A stretch of 64,000 nucleotides of DNA from Eledone cirrhosa (lineage: Eukaryota), in the NCBI GenBank assembly GCA_964016885.1, contig OZ024743.1, positions 93,248,001-93,312,000 on the forward strand, read 5' to 3'. Positions within the stretch are counted from its first letter, which is position 1; the number at the start of each line of letters is the position of its first letter. The position numbers and the translations under genes are program-made. Under the pieces are notes generated by a model. That model was not told the origin of the DNA and ran no database searches. It worked only from the letters and a program-made list of their open reading frames with translations. Positions 1 to 11,872 of this stretch are shown here, piece after piece.

Positions 1-1458
1 CGTGAGTACTGGGCAACCTCTCTAATGATTTTTGAGGCAAGCCAGCACACTCGCAGTGTTGCCTCGGGTGATGGCGAGGCCGATGCGCTGAAACAGCCAA
101 GCGCCCTCGCAAGATTCACCAGTTACCTCTATTAGGCGAGCCGCCAGTGAAGAGAGGACCCTCGCAGTCAGCGGCCCGACTCCCCCAAACGTCTCGAAAG
201 CCACAGGCTGAAAAATGTAGCTGGCCGACAGATCAAAGTATTTGAGGGTCTTACTCCGCTCGGCTGCAGAAGCTGTGGCTCTCGTCCTAACCGCAACACC
301 CAGGTGTGGGAAAGAGCAAAAGAGTCACTAACAGTGACGTCCCAGACAAGGCACCTGCCTCTTGACCAGGGGCACAGATGGTTCCAAGACTGAGGGGATA
401 TTCGCCCGGGCCAAAGCTCTCTTCAGAATAAGGTTTAGCCCCATGTGACGCGCGAAGCGGCCGGCATTCAGGCGGCAAGAAAGACCGTGGTGGCCTGTGG
501 AGTCAAGGAGTTTGCCGCATCGGCACCTCAAACCCATGCAGACGTCAGCTCCCACTCTGAGGGCGATGCAGACATGAAGTTCATCCAGGCTGAGTAGGCC
601 ACCGTTGGCCACGGGTAGGGCATCGACCCAGTCGCCTGAGTATTTGGCGCTGGCAGATAGTAAGCGGCACCTTGCAAACTGATCTGACTGGACGAAGAGG
701 GAGTCGAAGGTGGCCTTCGAACTTATGCTGTCCCAAGTTCTCTGACTTTGACTGTCCTCCACCTTCTCAGGAAGAGACAAGCCGACCCACTCCATTGCTG
801 GAGAGCTTCACCCAACTCCTTGTTGGACTAGTCCATGTTGAAGAGGAGAGGATGCTGCTCACCAGGGTGGAGGAAAGGAAGCAGGGGAGAGAGAGGACGA
901 ACACGTACGAAGACCAAGACCCCCAAATCGCTTGGGCAACGCAGCCTGATCGCGGGACTCCGGAGAGAGTCTAACATTGACCAGGCACTCGAGTCTCTCG
1001 AAGGTAAGGTCGTCGAAGCGTTGGAGGCAGGACGGAAATCTGTGAGAGGGGCTGACCCTGAGCAGATACAGAAGCTTAGGAATAGACAGGTAGTTCCTGA
1101 GTATGAAGAAACTTTGATGGGGTTCGATAACTTCAATATTCCTCAGCAGCTGCTCAAGGCCATCCATCTTCGATTGGAAGGTTGACTTGAAGGCCAGGTC
1201 TGTGATTGGGGCTCCTAAGGAGCACCAAACCGATGGGGGAGGGACCGCGATGGAAGGGAAGGACTCTGCGAACAGGTCGATCAGCTGTTGGTGTTGAGAA
1301 GCCGGGTGGTTGAGGATCCAGAGCTCACACTTGGAGCTATTGATCTGGAGACCTCAGCGGCCATGCTCCTCCACCATCTTGTTGGCAGTGGCGAGAACCA
1401 TATCCGGAGTTCCCCCCAAACAGGCATCGTCAAGGTACCAGACATTGAGATCCAACTC
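1..1458 (-). mobile_element. 5'-truncated, frameshifted non-LTR retrotransposon with restriction-like endonuclease (CRE/R2-group-like)
   Basis: The minus strand reads NVWYLDDACLGG (RT YxDD, ~1420-1450), LPKRFGGLGL, the CRCG...GHHGLSC zinc knuckle, PWSRGKCLVWDVTV and FQPVAFETFGG...LFQRIGLAITRGN, which is a typical RLE C-terminus. These pieces lie in several frames. Confidence 0.8.
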
Positions 1459-1644
1459 ATATATTAGGGACCAGAGATATGATTGCTTATATATAAATTA
1501 AGGCTTAGATTTGGATAGGTTTAGGGCTCGTGTGTGTGTGTGTGTATTATGCCTGGGCTTGCGACCGACTGATAGTATTAGAAAATTGGAAAGACCACTG
1601 GAAACATTATTTCCTTGGTCCGATTTGACGAAAGTTGATCGACT

Positions 1645-1679
<35 letters not shown>

Positions 1680-1682
<3 letters not shown>

Positions 1683-2948
1683 GGGTTGGACAAAATAATG
1701 AAACCCCTTAAAATTTCAAACAAATTCATTTTAATATGGAGTAGGACCGCCTTTGGCAGTAATTACTGCTTGAATTCTACGAGGTATGGACTCGTACAAA
1801 GTTTGAATTGTGTCCAAAGGAATTGTTGTCCATTCTTCAGCTAAAACAGTCTCCAGTTCTTGTAGTGATGATGGTGGAGGATATCAACTCCTTACTTGTT
1901 TTTCTAAAATGCACCATAAATATTCAATAATATTGAGATCTGGGGACTGTGGTGGCCGGATAAGATGTTCAACTTCATTAGAATGTTCCTTGTGCCATTC
2001 AGTAACAACTTTAGTTGTGTGAATTGGTGCATTATCATCCTGAAAGATTGCGTTTCCCTCCAGAAACAGTCCGCAACTATAGGATGGATTTGATCAGATA
2101 AAATGCTTAAATAGTCTTGACTATTAATTCTGCCATGAAGGGAAACCATTGGGCCGGCGGATTTCCAAGATATAGCCCCCCAGATCATCACAGATCCTCC
2201 TCCATGTTTAACAGTTAGAAGAAGGCAGTCTGGGTCAAATGCTTCTTTTGGCTGTCTCCACATGTATACTCGGCCGGTGGTCGGAAATAAGGTAAAGGAT
2301 GACTCGTCCGAGAAAATACCATTCTTCCACTGCTCTAGGGACCAATTCTGTAGGTTTTTACTCCACTCTAAACACTTTACAACGTTTGTTTTTGAAAGTA
2401 GTGGTTTTCTGATTCCAGCCCTCCCGTGAAATCCGGCTTTGTGCAGCTCCCGGCGAATAGTTTTTGTGGAACTGGGTTCTCGAGGTGGTCATTAAGCTCT
2501 GCAGTAATTTTGGGAACTGTACTTTTGTGATCCTTTCTAACAATTCGTGTAAGAGTCCGACGGTCCCTATCTGAAAGTTTTGGTTTTCTTCCGGAGTTTT
2601 GTTTCGACGAGGAGGTTTTTCCCTCTTTCTCAAAGGCTGTCATTACTTTCGAGACAGTACTTCTTGATACACCACACATTTCGACTGTTTTCGTTACGCT
2701 AACGCCTGCCATACGAGCCCCAACAATTTGACCTCTTTGAAAGTCCGATAGATCTGTCATTTTAATGAATTTTAATTACCTTTTTCTGATGATATCTGAA
2801 AAGAAACAGCAATTTTAACAAACATATTAAGCAACACTAATAATAAATCAAAAAACATAAAAATAAACAAGCTTTTGACGGTTTTATAGATATTTCAAAA
2901 TTATGATGCTATGATGCTAGTTGTTTCCATTATTTTGTCCAACCCCTG
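1680..2948 (-). mobile_element. Tc1/mariner transposon, DD36E spacing (Incomer-like), 1269 bp
   Basis: TIRs are CAGGGGTTGGACAAAATAATG(G)AAAC at 1680 and its reverse complement ending at 2948. TA target duplications are at 1678-1679 and 2949-2950. The element is inserted at the end of a (TA)n tract. Confidence 0.92.
1731..2760 (-). pseudogene. Tc1-family transposase, frameshifted
   Basis: MTDLSDFQRGQIVGARMAG (HTH), GRKPKL, FSDES, KHGGGSVMIWG, FQDDNAPIH...SPDLNIIE and AKGGPTPY* are present. The ORF is split over frames and has an in-frame stop. Confidence 0.88.
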
Positions 2949-3074
2949 TATAAGGGGCCAGAGCTATCATTGCTTATATACACATTAAGACTTAAACTTA
3001 GATAGGTTTAGGGCTTACCTGTCGGTTCGAGTGTATATATATATATATATATATATGATCAACATCATCATCAT

Positions 3075-3372
3075 CATCATAATAATAATAATGAAATATT
3101 GTGTACAGTGCTCAGGTGCACTACAACTCATCAAAAAGTGTAGTATAGTACATAGGGTAATGTACAAACGTCAGGAAAATGAACAGTGCATAAGTCATGA
3201 TATACACATGTGTGCATGTGTATGGAAGGGGTACATCAGGTGTAGTTTTGGTGAATTTCTGGAAGCATGAGCGTTTTAAAGGATGCAGTGTCTCGGCAGC
3301 TAACAACTGACGCAAGCAGTTTGTTCCATGCTTCAGCAACTCTGAGTGTGAAAAAATGTTTCCAAAAGTTAT
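3075..3372 (-). mobile_element. CR1/L2-type LINE 3' end fragment
   Basis: KHFFTLRVAEAWNKLLASVV matches the CR1/L2 ORF2 C-terminal FFxxRVxxxWNxLP motif. An (ATT)n tail lies at ~3080. Confidence 0.65.
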
Positions 3373-3376
3373 GGGA

Positions 3377-3713
3377 GGCACATGGCTTAGTGTTTAGAGC
3401 ATTGGCCTTGCAATCAAAAGGTTGTGAGTTCAATTCTCAGACCGGGTGATGTGTTGTTTCCTTGAGCAAGACACTTTATTTCACATTGCTCCAGTCCACT
3501 CAGCTGTAGAAATGAGATGATAGGGACTGGGGTTCATATCATTCCACTGCAAAGTGGACGTGTAGGCACCATGGAAAAAAAGCACCCAGCACTCACTGTA
3601 AATGAGGTTGGTGTTAGGAAGGGCATCCAGCTGTAGAAATCAAGCCAGAATCAGTTCCCGTCCCACCTTTGCAAGCAGGGAAAAGGGGACGTAAAATGAA
3701 ATGAAATGAAATG
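3377..3713 (+). mobile_element. tRNA-derived SINE with RTE-type 3' tail
   Basis: A-box TGGCTTAGTG and B-box-like GAGTTCAATTC; central CCTTGAGCAAGACACTTTATTTCACATTGCTCCAG domain; tail ...GGACGTAAAATGAAATG. Other copies are at 9206-9594 and 40725-41072. Confidence 0.8.
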
Positions 3714-3842
3714 GGAGCTGGGCTGTTTTCTGATTTTGTTGACATGTCCACGTGTGTTAGACACATGGAGATGTCCATTGTTGTCATTTACCATTGGCAG
3801 ATATGAAAGCTGTATTGTGCTATTGTCATCTTTCATTAACAG

Positions 3843-3995
3843 GTGTGAAAGCTGTGTTGATCTGTTGTTTATACGAGGTTCTGGTGCTTGTCCTGGGTGC
3901 AATACTCCACTTCGAAGGAATAACTTTAGGATTCAACTCTTTGAAGATTCCACAGTTGAAAAAGAAGTTGACATTAGGAAAAAGATTTTAAAAGA
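3843..3995 (+). CDS. MNAT1: CDK-activating kinase assembly factor MAT1, coding exon 2 (second half of the RING finger)
   Basis: AG/GT-bounded 153 bp exon encoding [50 protein letters not shown], which is characteristic MAT1 sequence. Confidence 0.95.
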
Positions 3996-4003
3996 GTAAG
4001 TTG

Positions 4004-4143
4004 TCATCATCCTCATCATCACTATCACCACCATCATCATCATTGCCATCACGATCGCCACCATGATCATTATCATCATCGTCATCATTACCATCATCAT
4101 TGCCATCATCATCACCACCACCATCGTCGTCATCGCCACCACC
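4004..4143. repeat. Imperfect (CAT/CAC)n trinucleotide microsatellite
   Basis: Seen directly just after the exon 2 donor. Confidence 0.9.
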
Positions 4144-4545
4144 AGAACACGCCTCCCTGCAATATTTTAATGTAATGTAATAACCCATTAAAAATCTTCT
4201 AATAAAAATAAGTCAGCTTATCATCATTTAATGTCCAACATTTGTTGGGTGTTTGTTGTGAGTGGAATCTGGTTTACAGAAACTTGTCAGATGTGCATGT
4301 ATCATCATTATCATCGTTTAACGTCCATTTTCCACGCTTGCATGGGTTAGACGGGTTGTCTCCTTTGAGGCAAATTGGGTCTAGTGACCATGTTTTACTC
4401 ATATAGAACTGTTTCTGGCTAGGTTTCTATGGCTAGATGCCCTTCCTAACGTCAACCACATTTACAGTGTGTGCTGGGTGTTTTTTGTCATGACACCTAC
4501 ATGACCACTTTACAGTATATATATATATATATATACATATATATA

Positions 4546-4936
4546 CACCTCTCAAAGGCAATGACACACGACCGTGACCTCTGGCGTCACGCAGTAATAC
4601 AGAGTACCCGACCTCCTATGGGTACAATCTGAAGCATATAGACATAATGCCCCCACACCCCCCACCGCAAGGTGGTCGTGGAGGTGCCACGGCAAAAAAG
4701 CACCCAGCCCACACTGTAAAGTGGACGTGTAGGCGCCACAAAAAAGCACCCAGCACTCACTGTAAATGAGGTTGGTGTTAGGAAGGGCATCCAGCTGTAG
4801 AAATCAAGCCAAATCAGTTTCTGTATGAGCAAGGCATGGTCAGCCGACCAGACACTGCCCACAACAGGACAACCCGTCTAACCCATGCTAGCTTGGAAGA
4901 ACGGACGTAAAACGGTGATGATGATGATGATGATGA
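4546..4936 (+). mobile_element. RTE LINE family A, 3'-end fragment
   Basis: Near-identical to 8405-8782 and 39817-40200. It ends in (GAT)n and is flanked by (TA)n. Confidence 0.85.
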
Positions 4937-4999
4937 TATATGTATATATATATATATAATAACATAGCTCTTATATAATAACATAATAACTTAGCTCTT

Positions 5000-7900
5000 A
5001 TGACGCTATTATTATTAATATTATTGCTGTATTATTTCGGTTATTTAAGTTTGCTGTATTATATCGGTTATTTAAGTTTGTTAGCATTATTTCGGATATT
5101 TACCACGCGGTATTCTAATCTATCGGTTACTTAAGTTTGTTAGCCTTGACGGCGACCCTCAGTGCCTACCTCACAATTTCCCTCCCACCCACCCCCTCAC
5201 ACCACCATAGCCTATTCGACGAATCAAACCTCAGCATGCCATTTCTACGGCTGGTACTGCTACTACTACTACTACTACCTAACTAACTCCCCTGTCGCAG
5301 CCCAACACACCCTGCCATTATCCCACCACCACTGTTCTTCTAGCCCTCAATTTTCCCACCGTTATGGATGGATGAGCTGAGAATAAATTTGAGCAACTCT
5401 GAATCAATAGATGAAATATGAATCTGCGAGCTACCAAGCATCCATGTGAAGCGCCAACCCAGAGACCCTTCCCTACGAGTGTCGACAAATGCCCAAAACT
5501 CCGAGTTGGTACCATCAATGTAGGCTCAATGAAAGGAAGAGCAGGAGAAATCGTAGAAATGCTAGAGCAAAAGGAAATTGATGTATGCTGTGTGCAAGAG
5601 ACTAGATGGAGAGGAGAGTCTGCCAGAGTCCTGGTAGGAAAAAGCCAATGCTACAAATTTTTCTGGGTGGGAAATGACGATGGGATGGGTGGTGTAGGTA
5701 TACTACTAGCTGAAAAGTCGGTAGATAAAATAATCTCAGTGTACAGGGTAAATGCAAGAATCATTAAACTCAGACTAGTCCTGAATAAAACAATTACCAC
5801 AATAATATCAGCTTACGCACCCCAATCGGGGCTGCCAGACGAACTTAAGGATAGGTTTTACGAGTCCCTAATGCATACTACTGCTCTAACAGACGACAAT
5901 GACTTCCTAATCATCGCAGGAGATTTTAACGGACACGTAGGTAAACACTGCGACGGCTTCAATAGAGTACATGGAGGCCATGGGGTTGGCACAAGGAATG
6001 AGGAAGGATTCAGACTTCTAGAATTCTGTGACGCCAATGACATGTCGATATGTAACACAAACTTTAAAAAACCCGACAACCACCTGATCACCTATAGATC
6101 AGGGGAGCACTCTAGTCAGAGAGATTTTATCCTCATCAGAGGACGTGACAGATGGACGGTCGTAAACACAAAAGCCTTCCCTAATGAGGAATGTACATCC
6201 CAACATAGCTTAGTTGTCAGCGACCTCACGGTCAGAACTAGACGAACCTGGAAACAGAGGCCAACCTGAAAGTCCCCTCAGTAACAGATTTAAAGATATT
6301 TTACTCAACCCCTACGACAGTAAAGAAGAACAGATAGAGACATTTAATGTAGAAGAGAACTGGGAGTTCCTAAAAAATAATTTACTAGAGGCGACAGATG
6401 AGATCTGTGGCTGGAGTAAGACCTCAAGCAGGAGGAGAGTGACTTGGTGGTGGAACAATAAGGTAGATGAAGCAGTTAAGGCCAAGAGACAGGCATGGAA
6501 AGAATGGAAGAACGGGGGGAGCAGGGTACACTACATAGAGACCAAGAGGGAAGCTAGGCGACAAGTATACTTAGCTAGGAGGGAAGCAGAGGATAGAAAA
6601 TTCAAGCATGTTTTGCAATGTGAGGACCAGAAACAGGAGGTATTCAAGATTGCAAGGCAGTGTGTCAGAGATAGTTGTGATGTCATTGGAGAGAAGTGTA
6701 TCCGGAATGATAAAGGTGAGCTTGCCCTCACAAGTGCTGAGAAGAAAGATGCATGGAAGAGTCATTATGATAGATTACTAAATGAGGAGAATGCATGGGA
6801 AGAAGAGACCCTACCCCAAGTAGACCCTATAGAGGGGCCAGCAGTACAAGTCAGCAGCAGCGTAGTAAGTAAGGCAATCAAAGATATGAAGATGGGGAAG
6901 GCAACCGGTCCATCGGGTATAGCTGCCGAGATGCTGAAGGCATCTGGGTCTGTAGGTCACACTATAACCACACGTATTGTTAACCAGGTAATAGTAGAAG
7001 GTGTCATACCAAAAGTTTGGTGCAGTAGCATCATTGTCAACTGCTACAAAGGTAAAGGCGATGTACTAGATAGAGGAAAGTATAGAGGGATAAAGTTGAT
7101 GGACCAGGTCATGAAAGTAACAGAAAGAGTTATAGCACAGTTGATTAGGGACCGGGTGAAAATAGACGAGATGCAATTTGGGTTTGTACCAGGAAGAGGC
7201 ACCACTGATGCCCTCTTCCTTGTGAGGCAATTACAGGAAAAGTACCTAGCTAAAAGTAAGCCACTCTACTTGGCATTTGTCGACCTTGAGAAAGCCTTTG
7301 ACAGAGTTCCACGTGCTGTAATCTGGTGGGCTCTTAGAAAACTAGGAGTAGATGAATGGCTTGTGAAAGCGGTACAAGCCATGTATAGGGGAGCAGTCAA
7401 CAAAGTTAGGATTAGCAATGAGTATAGCGAGGAATTTAGCATACAGGTTGGGGTCCACCAGGGCTCTGTTCTTAGCCCCCTCCTGATCATCATAGTCCAG
7501 CAGGCAATAACGGAGGAGTTTAAGACCGGATGCCCATGGGAACTCCTGTATGCTGATGACCTCGCACTCATAGCTGAATCTATGGTAGAACTCGAGAATA
7601 AATTCCAAACTTGGAAGCAGGGACTAGAAAGAAAGGGTCTCAAAGTCAACATGACAAAGACTAAGGTCCTTGTAAGTAGACGAGAAAACAGAACCCAGAT
7701 CCCCTCAGGGAAATGGCCTTGCTCAGTATGTAGGAAAGGTGTAGGTAGGAACTCCATTCTCTGCCCCAAATGCAAACAATGGGTACACAAGAGATGTAGC
7801 GGGATCTCAGGAAGCTTAATTAAGAATGTAGGCTTCACATGCAGCAGCTGCGCTGAGACAGCAAGCAGCAAACAGCCACAGGAAACAAGTACCACCAATC

Positions 7901-8782
7901 TCTGGGAGGGCTCTATAGAAACAGTAGACAGCTTCTGCTACCTAGGTGACCGAATTAGCAGCGGAGGTGGGTGTTCAGAAAGTACAATAACTAGGGTAAG
8001 AACGGGATGGAAGAAGTTTAGGGAACTACTACCACTGCTAGCTGCAAAAGGCTTCTCCCTCAGAATGAAAGGCAGACTGTATGATGCGTGTATCCGAACA
8101 GCAATGTTGCATGGTAGTGAGACCTGGGCGCTGAAGGTGGAAGACTTACGTAGATTAGAGAGAAACGAAGCCTGCATGCTCCGATGGATGTGTAACAGTA
8201 ATATACGTGAACGACAAAGCATAAATGAATTGAGAGAGAGACTGAGCATAAGAGGAATCAAATGCTGTGTGCAGGAGAGGCGGTTACGCTGGTATGGACA
8301 TGTGATGCGTATGAAGGATGACAGCTGCATAAAAAGGTGCAGAGCACTAGAAGTTGATGGAAACCGCGGAGTGGGGAGACCCAAGATGACCTGGGATGAG
8401 GTGAGGCAATGACACACGACCGTGACTTCTGGCGTCATGCAGTAATACAGAGTACCCGACCTCCCATGGGTACAAGCTGAAGCATATAGACAATATGCCC
8501 CCACACCCCCCACTGCAAGGTGGTCGTGGAGGTGCCACGGCAAAAAAGCACCCAGCCCACACTGTAAAGTGGACGTGTAGGCGCCACGAAAAAGCACCCA
8601 GCACTCACTGTAAATGAGGTTGGTGTTAGGAAGGGCATCCAGCTGTAGAAATCAAGCCAGATCAGTTCCTGTATGAGCAAGGCAAGGTCAGCCGACCAGA
8701 CACTGCCCACAACAGGACAACCCGTCTAACCCATGCTAGCTTGGAAGAACGGACGTAAAACGGTGATGATGATGATGATGAT
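5000..8782 (+). mobile_element. RTE LINE family A, near full length (APE endonuclease + RT + internal PHD finger), frameshifted; 5' boundary approximate
   Basis: ORF 5418-6269 has TINVGS, CVQETRW, SAYAPQ, IAGDFNGHVG and SQHSLV. ORF 6214-8412 has QFGF, FVDLEKAFDRV, GVHQGSVLSP, LLYADD and RLRWYGHVMRM. (GAT)n tail. Small deletions at ~6268 and ~8405. Confidence 0.93.
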
Positions 8783-9043
8783 GAACATATATTAATCCAG
8801 AAATAGCCATCGAAACGGCTTGAGCTCTGCCGTCAAGGTCATACATTTTCCTATATATATTATTTGAGATTTTGGCTTTGATGAGTAGATTGGGCTTGAG
8901 TTGGGTCTATAGCATTTACATGGATCCTGAGCCACCCATCTGTGAAACAGTCGAAACTGGACATAATCAATAAAGACCTTAATGTGAATGTTCATTTTAT
9001 TTTTTTAATATATATATACTCAATACCAAAGTAGAGTTTAAAT

Positions 9044-9205
9044 ATTCATTTTATTAAGGCTAAATAGTGAGTCTCGTTTCTCTGCTGCAGTTTCAACTAT
9101 TTATCACAGGGTCATCAAACAAGAACAGTTCTTGTCTGATGACCCTGTGATAAACAGGCGTAACACCAGAGTAACAAGACTCACTATTTAGCCTTAATAA
9201 AATGA

Positions 9206-9207
<2 letters not shown>
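9044..9207. repeat. ~165 bp fold-back element with a degenerate hammerhead motif in each arm
   Basis: ATTCATTTTATTAAGGCTAAATAGTGAGTCT... is mirrored by ...AGACTCACTATTTAGCCTTAATAAAATGAAT. The right arm contains CTTGT CTGATGA C CCTG-TGATAAA-CAGG C GTAAC...GTA ACAAG. Confidence 0.75.
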
Positions 9208-9714
<507 letters not shown>

Positions 9715-10705
9715 TAAAATAACAGATTAAAGTTTAAGCAAAGAATCGCTGCTTTCACCCTTAACGGGATCTTCTGAAACTAACAAAGTCAATCTGTAAA
9801 CGCAGAACTGGATATTTCAAAAAACGTTGCAACCGGAGGAAGACAGGAAGACGATACTTTGGTTCGTGGAAACGTTCGCTGGCGAAGAACGGGAAAAAAC
9901 GAATAATACGTCATTAATAGGAGCGGTGAAAAACAATTACGCGCAAAGACAAAACCACGTTTATGGTATAAAAGAGGTCGTAGACGAATGTTCTCTTAGG
10001 TGGTGCATAGAGACGTTCTCTGGCAATGAACGAAAAAACAAAGATAATACGTCATATGTGGAGCGTGGAGAACAATAGCACGCAAAGACAAAACCACGTA
10101 AATGGTATAGCAGAAGTCGTAGACTAAAATTCTAACTAGGAGACCAAATGAATCTCCGCTACAGAGTTAAGAACAAAGTAAATAAATACAATACAGAAGT
10201 AATAGAAATAAATAAATACATACACGCAAACAAATACGTACATACACAAGCATACGCAAAACCTTACCATAGGTATACAAAACCACGCACATATAAATAT
10301 GTGTGTGTGTGTATGCGTGTATACAAATAAATAATTATATAAACGTATATAAATAAATAAATACGTATATAACAAGCGCACATACATACCTACATATAAA
10401 TACACGAATCTTCGGAGACGTAAGTCAACTAAAACAAGAATTACACATATACACACACCCACCATACGTACGAACCTGCATACTCACACAGACGCAAAAA
10501 CTCCCGTATACACATAGCCAAACCCTATGTACCAGAATATATAAAATTATACGCCATAACAATCAAATATACGTACGAGAAGGTATATGTACCTTCACAA
10601 AACATACGGGTAGTATATACTTACCTATGCAAATAAGTAAAGGAATAAACAAAACATATACTTAGCTCCCACATCAAGACGTAAAATATCCACGTATAGA
10701 TTGTA

Positions 10706-11400
10706 CTATCCGTTAGGGTATAACGTGGGGCTGTAATACAGGAATGTTTTGTGCAATTTATGTTTACAAGCCGAAATTGCCTCGGATTTTTTGTTTAAGA
10801 TGTGGTCTGTGGCGTAGAGTATTTCCAGGGCCTCAGCGGCGCAGAGGTCACATGGTCTTTTATTTCCGTTATACGATCTAGCCCTAGCTAGGATCTCCCA
10901 GTGTAACTTATATTGGGTGTGGTTGTCTTTTAGACTCCAGATATAAGCTGAAAGTGACGTCATATTCCTTCTTAGAGGGTAACGAAAAGAATGAGTATGC
11001 ATGTAAAGACGCTGGTTGAAACTATTGGCGGTTAACCCTATGTAGGCCCTACGGGATGTGGGTGTTACAACCTTACATTTGTAGACAATGTTACTAGAGA
11101 GGCATTTCCCGGATAGGGGGCAATCAGCCCGATTCCTACAATTACAGTTAGTACTAACTACAGGGTTGCACGTGTTCCTACGGCTAGGTAGTTTAGCTAA
11201 ATTTGAAGCTGTGATGTTATGTGCAAGGTTAGGAGTCGTAGAGTAAGAAATTTTAATAGTATTTCTATTAAAAATGTTACTATATTTATGTGTAGGGGGA
11301 AAATGCTTCGTAATAAGGGAAAGAAAGATCTTAGCTAATGGTGTGGCCACCTCCATATTATATGGTGGGTTATACCAACAAATGCGACGGGATCTATTTC
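10706..11400 (-). CDS. Penelope-like C-terminal linker plus GIY-YIG endonuclease (partial)
   Basis: RRICWYNPPY, IKISYS, CNCRNRADCPLSGKC, IVYKCKV...AYIGLT...RLYMH, CDLCAAE and LNKKSE..SACKHK are present. Confidence 0.85.
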
Positions 11401-11695
11401 TTCTAGGTCTATTTTCGTACTCTGTATATGCTACCTGATTGATTCGTTCATTGCCAGAGAACGTCTCTATGCACCACCTAAGAGAACATTAGTCTACGAC
11501 CTCTTTTATACCATAAACGTGGTTCTGTCTTTGCGCGTAATTGTTTTTCACCGCTCCTATTAATGACGTATTATTTGTTTTTTCCCGTTCTTTGCCAGCG
11601 AACGTTATCACGAACCAAAGTATCGTCTTCCTGTCTTCCTCCGGTTGCAACGTTTTTTGAAATATCCAGTTCTGTGTTTACAGATTGACTTTGTT

Positions 11696-11746
11696 AGTTT
11701 CAGAAGATCCCGTTAAGGGTGAAAGCAGCGATTCTTTGCTTAAACT
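11696..11746 (+). ncRNA. Variant type I hammerhead-like motif in the Penelope pLTR (also - strand 9731-9781, - strand 51989-52039, + strand 52224-52273)
   Basis: AGTTT CAGAAGA TCCC-GTTAA-GGGT GAAA GCA...TGC T(T/C) AAACT. Stems I-III pair, but the core has CAGA in place of CUGA. Confidence 0.5.
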
Positions 11747-11872
11747 TTAATCTGTTATTTAATAAATATTTGCTCTACGGTTCTTATATATTTGATATAT
11801 ATTTATCCTTATCGAGCCCTCTTTGGATTTTAGTCTTCAAATTTATTATTATTACTATATATATATATATAT

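Noticed and set aside
1463-1527. ~65 bp similarity to 2951-3016 flanking the Tc1 element
   Set aside because: The copies are too diverged and too far from the left TIR to be a target duplication. They are probably two copies of a small dispersed repeat.
3377-3450. tRNA-like sequence (also ~17062, 26825, 29050, 40725, 53930)
   Set aside because: These have A/B boxes but no proper acceptor stem and continue into the SINE body, so they are SINE heads and not tRNA genes.
1-3842. MNAT1 first coding exon (N-terminal half of the RING)
   Set aside because: No CPxCKT..Y.NP-like exon was found. The region is filled by transposons, so exon 1 is presumably upstream of the window.
3933-4188. Met/Asp-rich ORFs
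   Set aside because: They are translations of the (CAT)n microsatellite.
7266-8597. Antisense ORFs over RTE elements
   Set aside because: They are shadow frames of the RT coding strand with no independent motifs.
8805-8840. GAAACGGC...GCCGTC half-hammerhead (related sequence at ~51905-51931)
   Set aside because: Stem III and GUC are present but there is no CUGANGA upstream. It is too degenerate to call.
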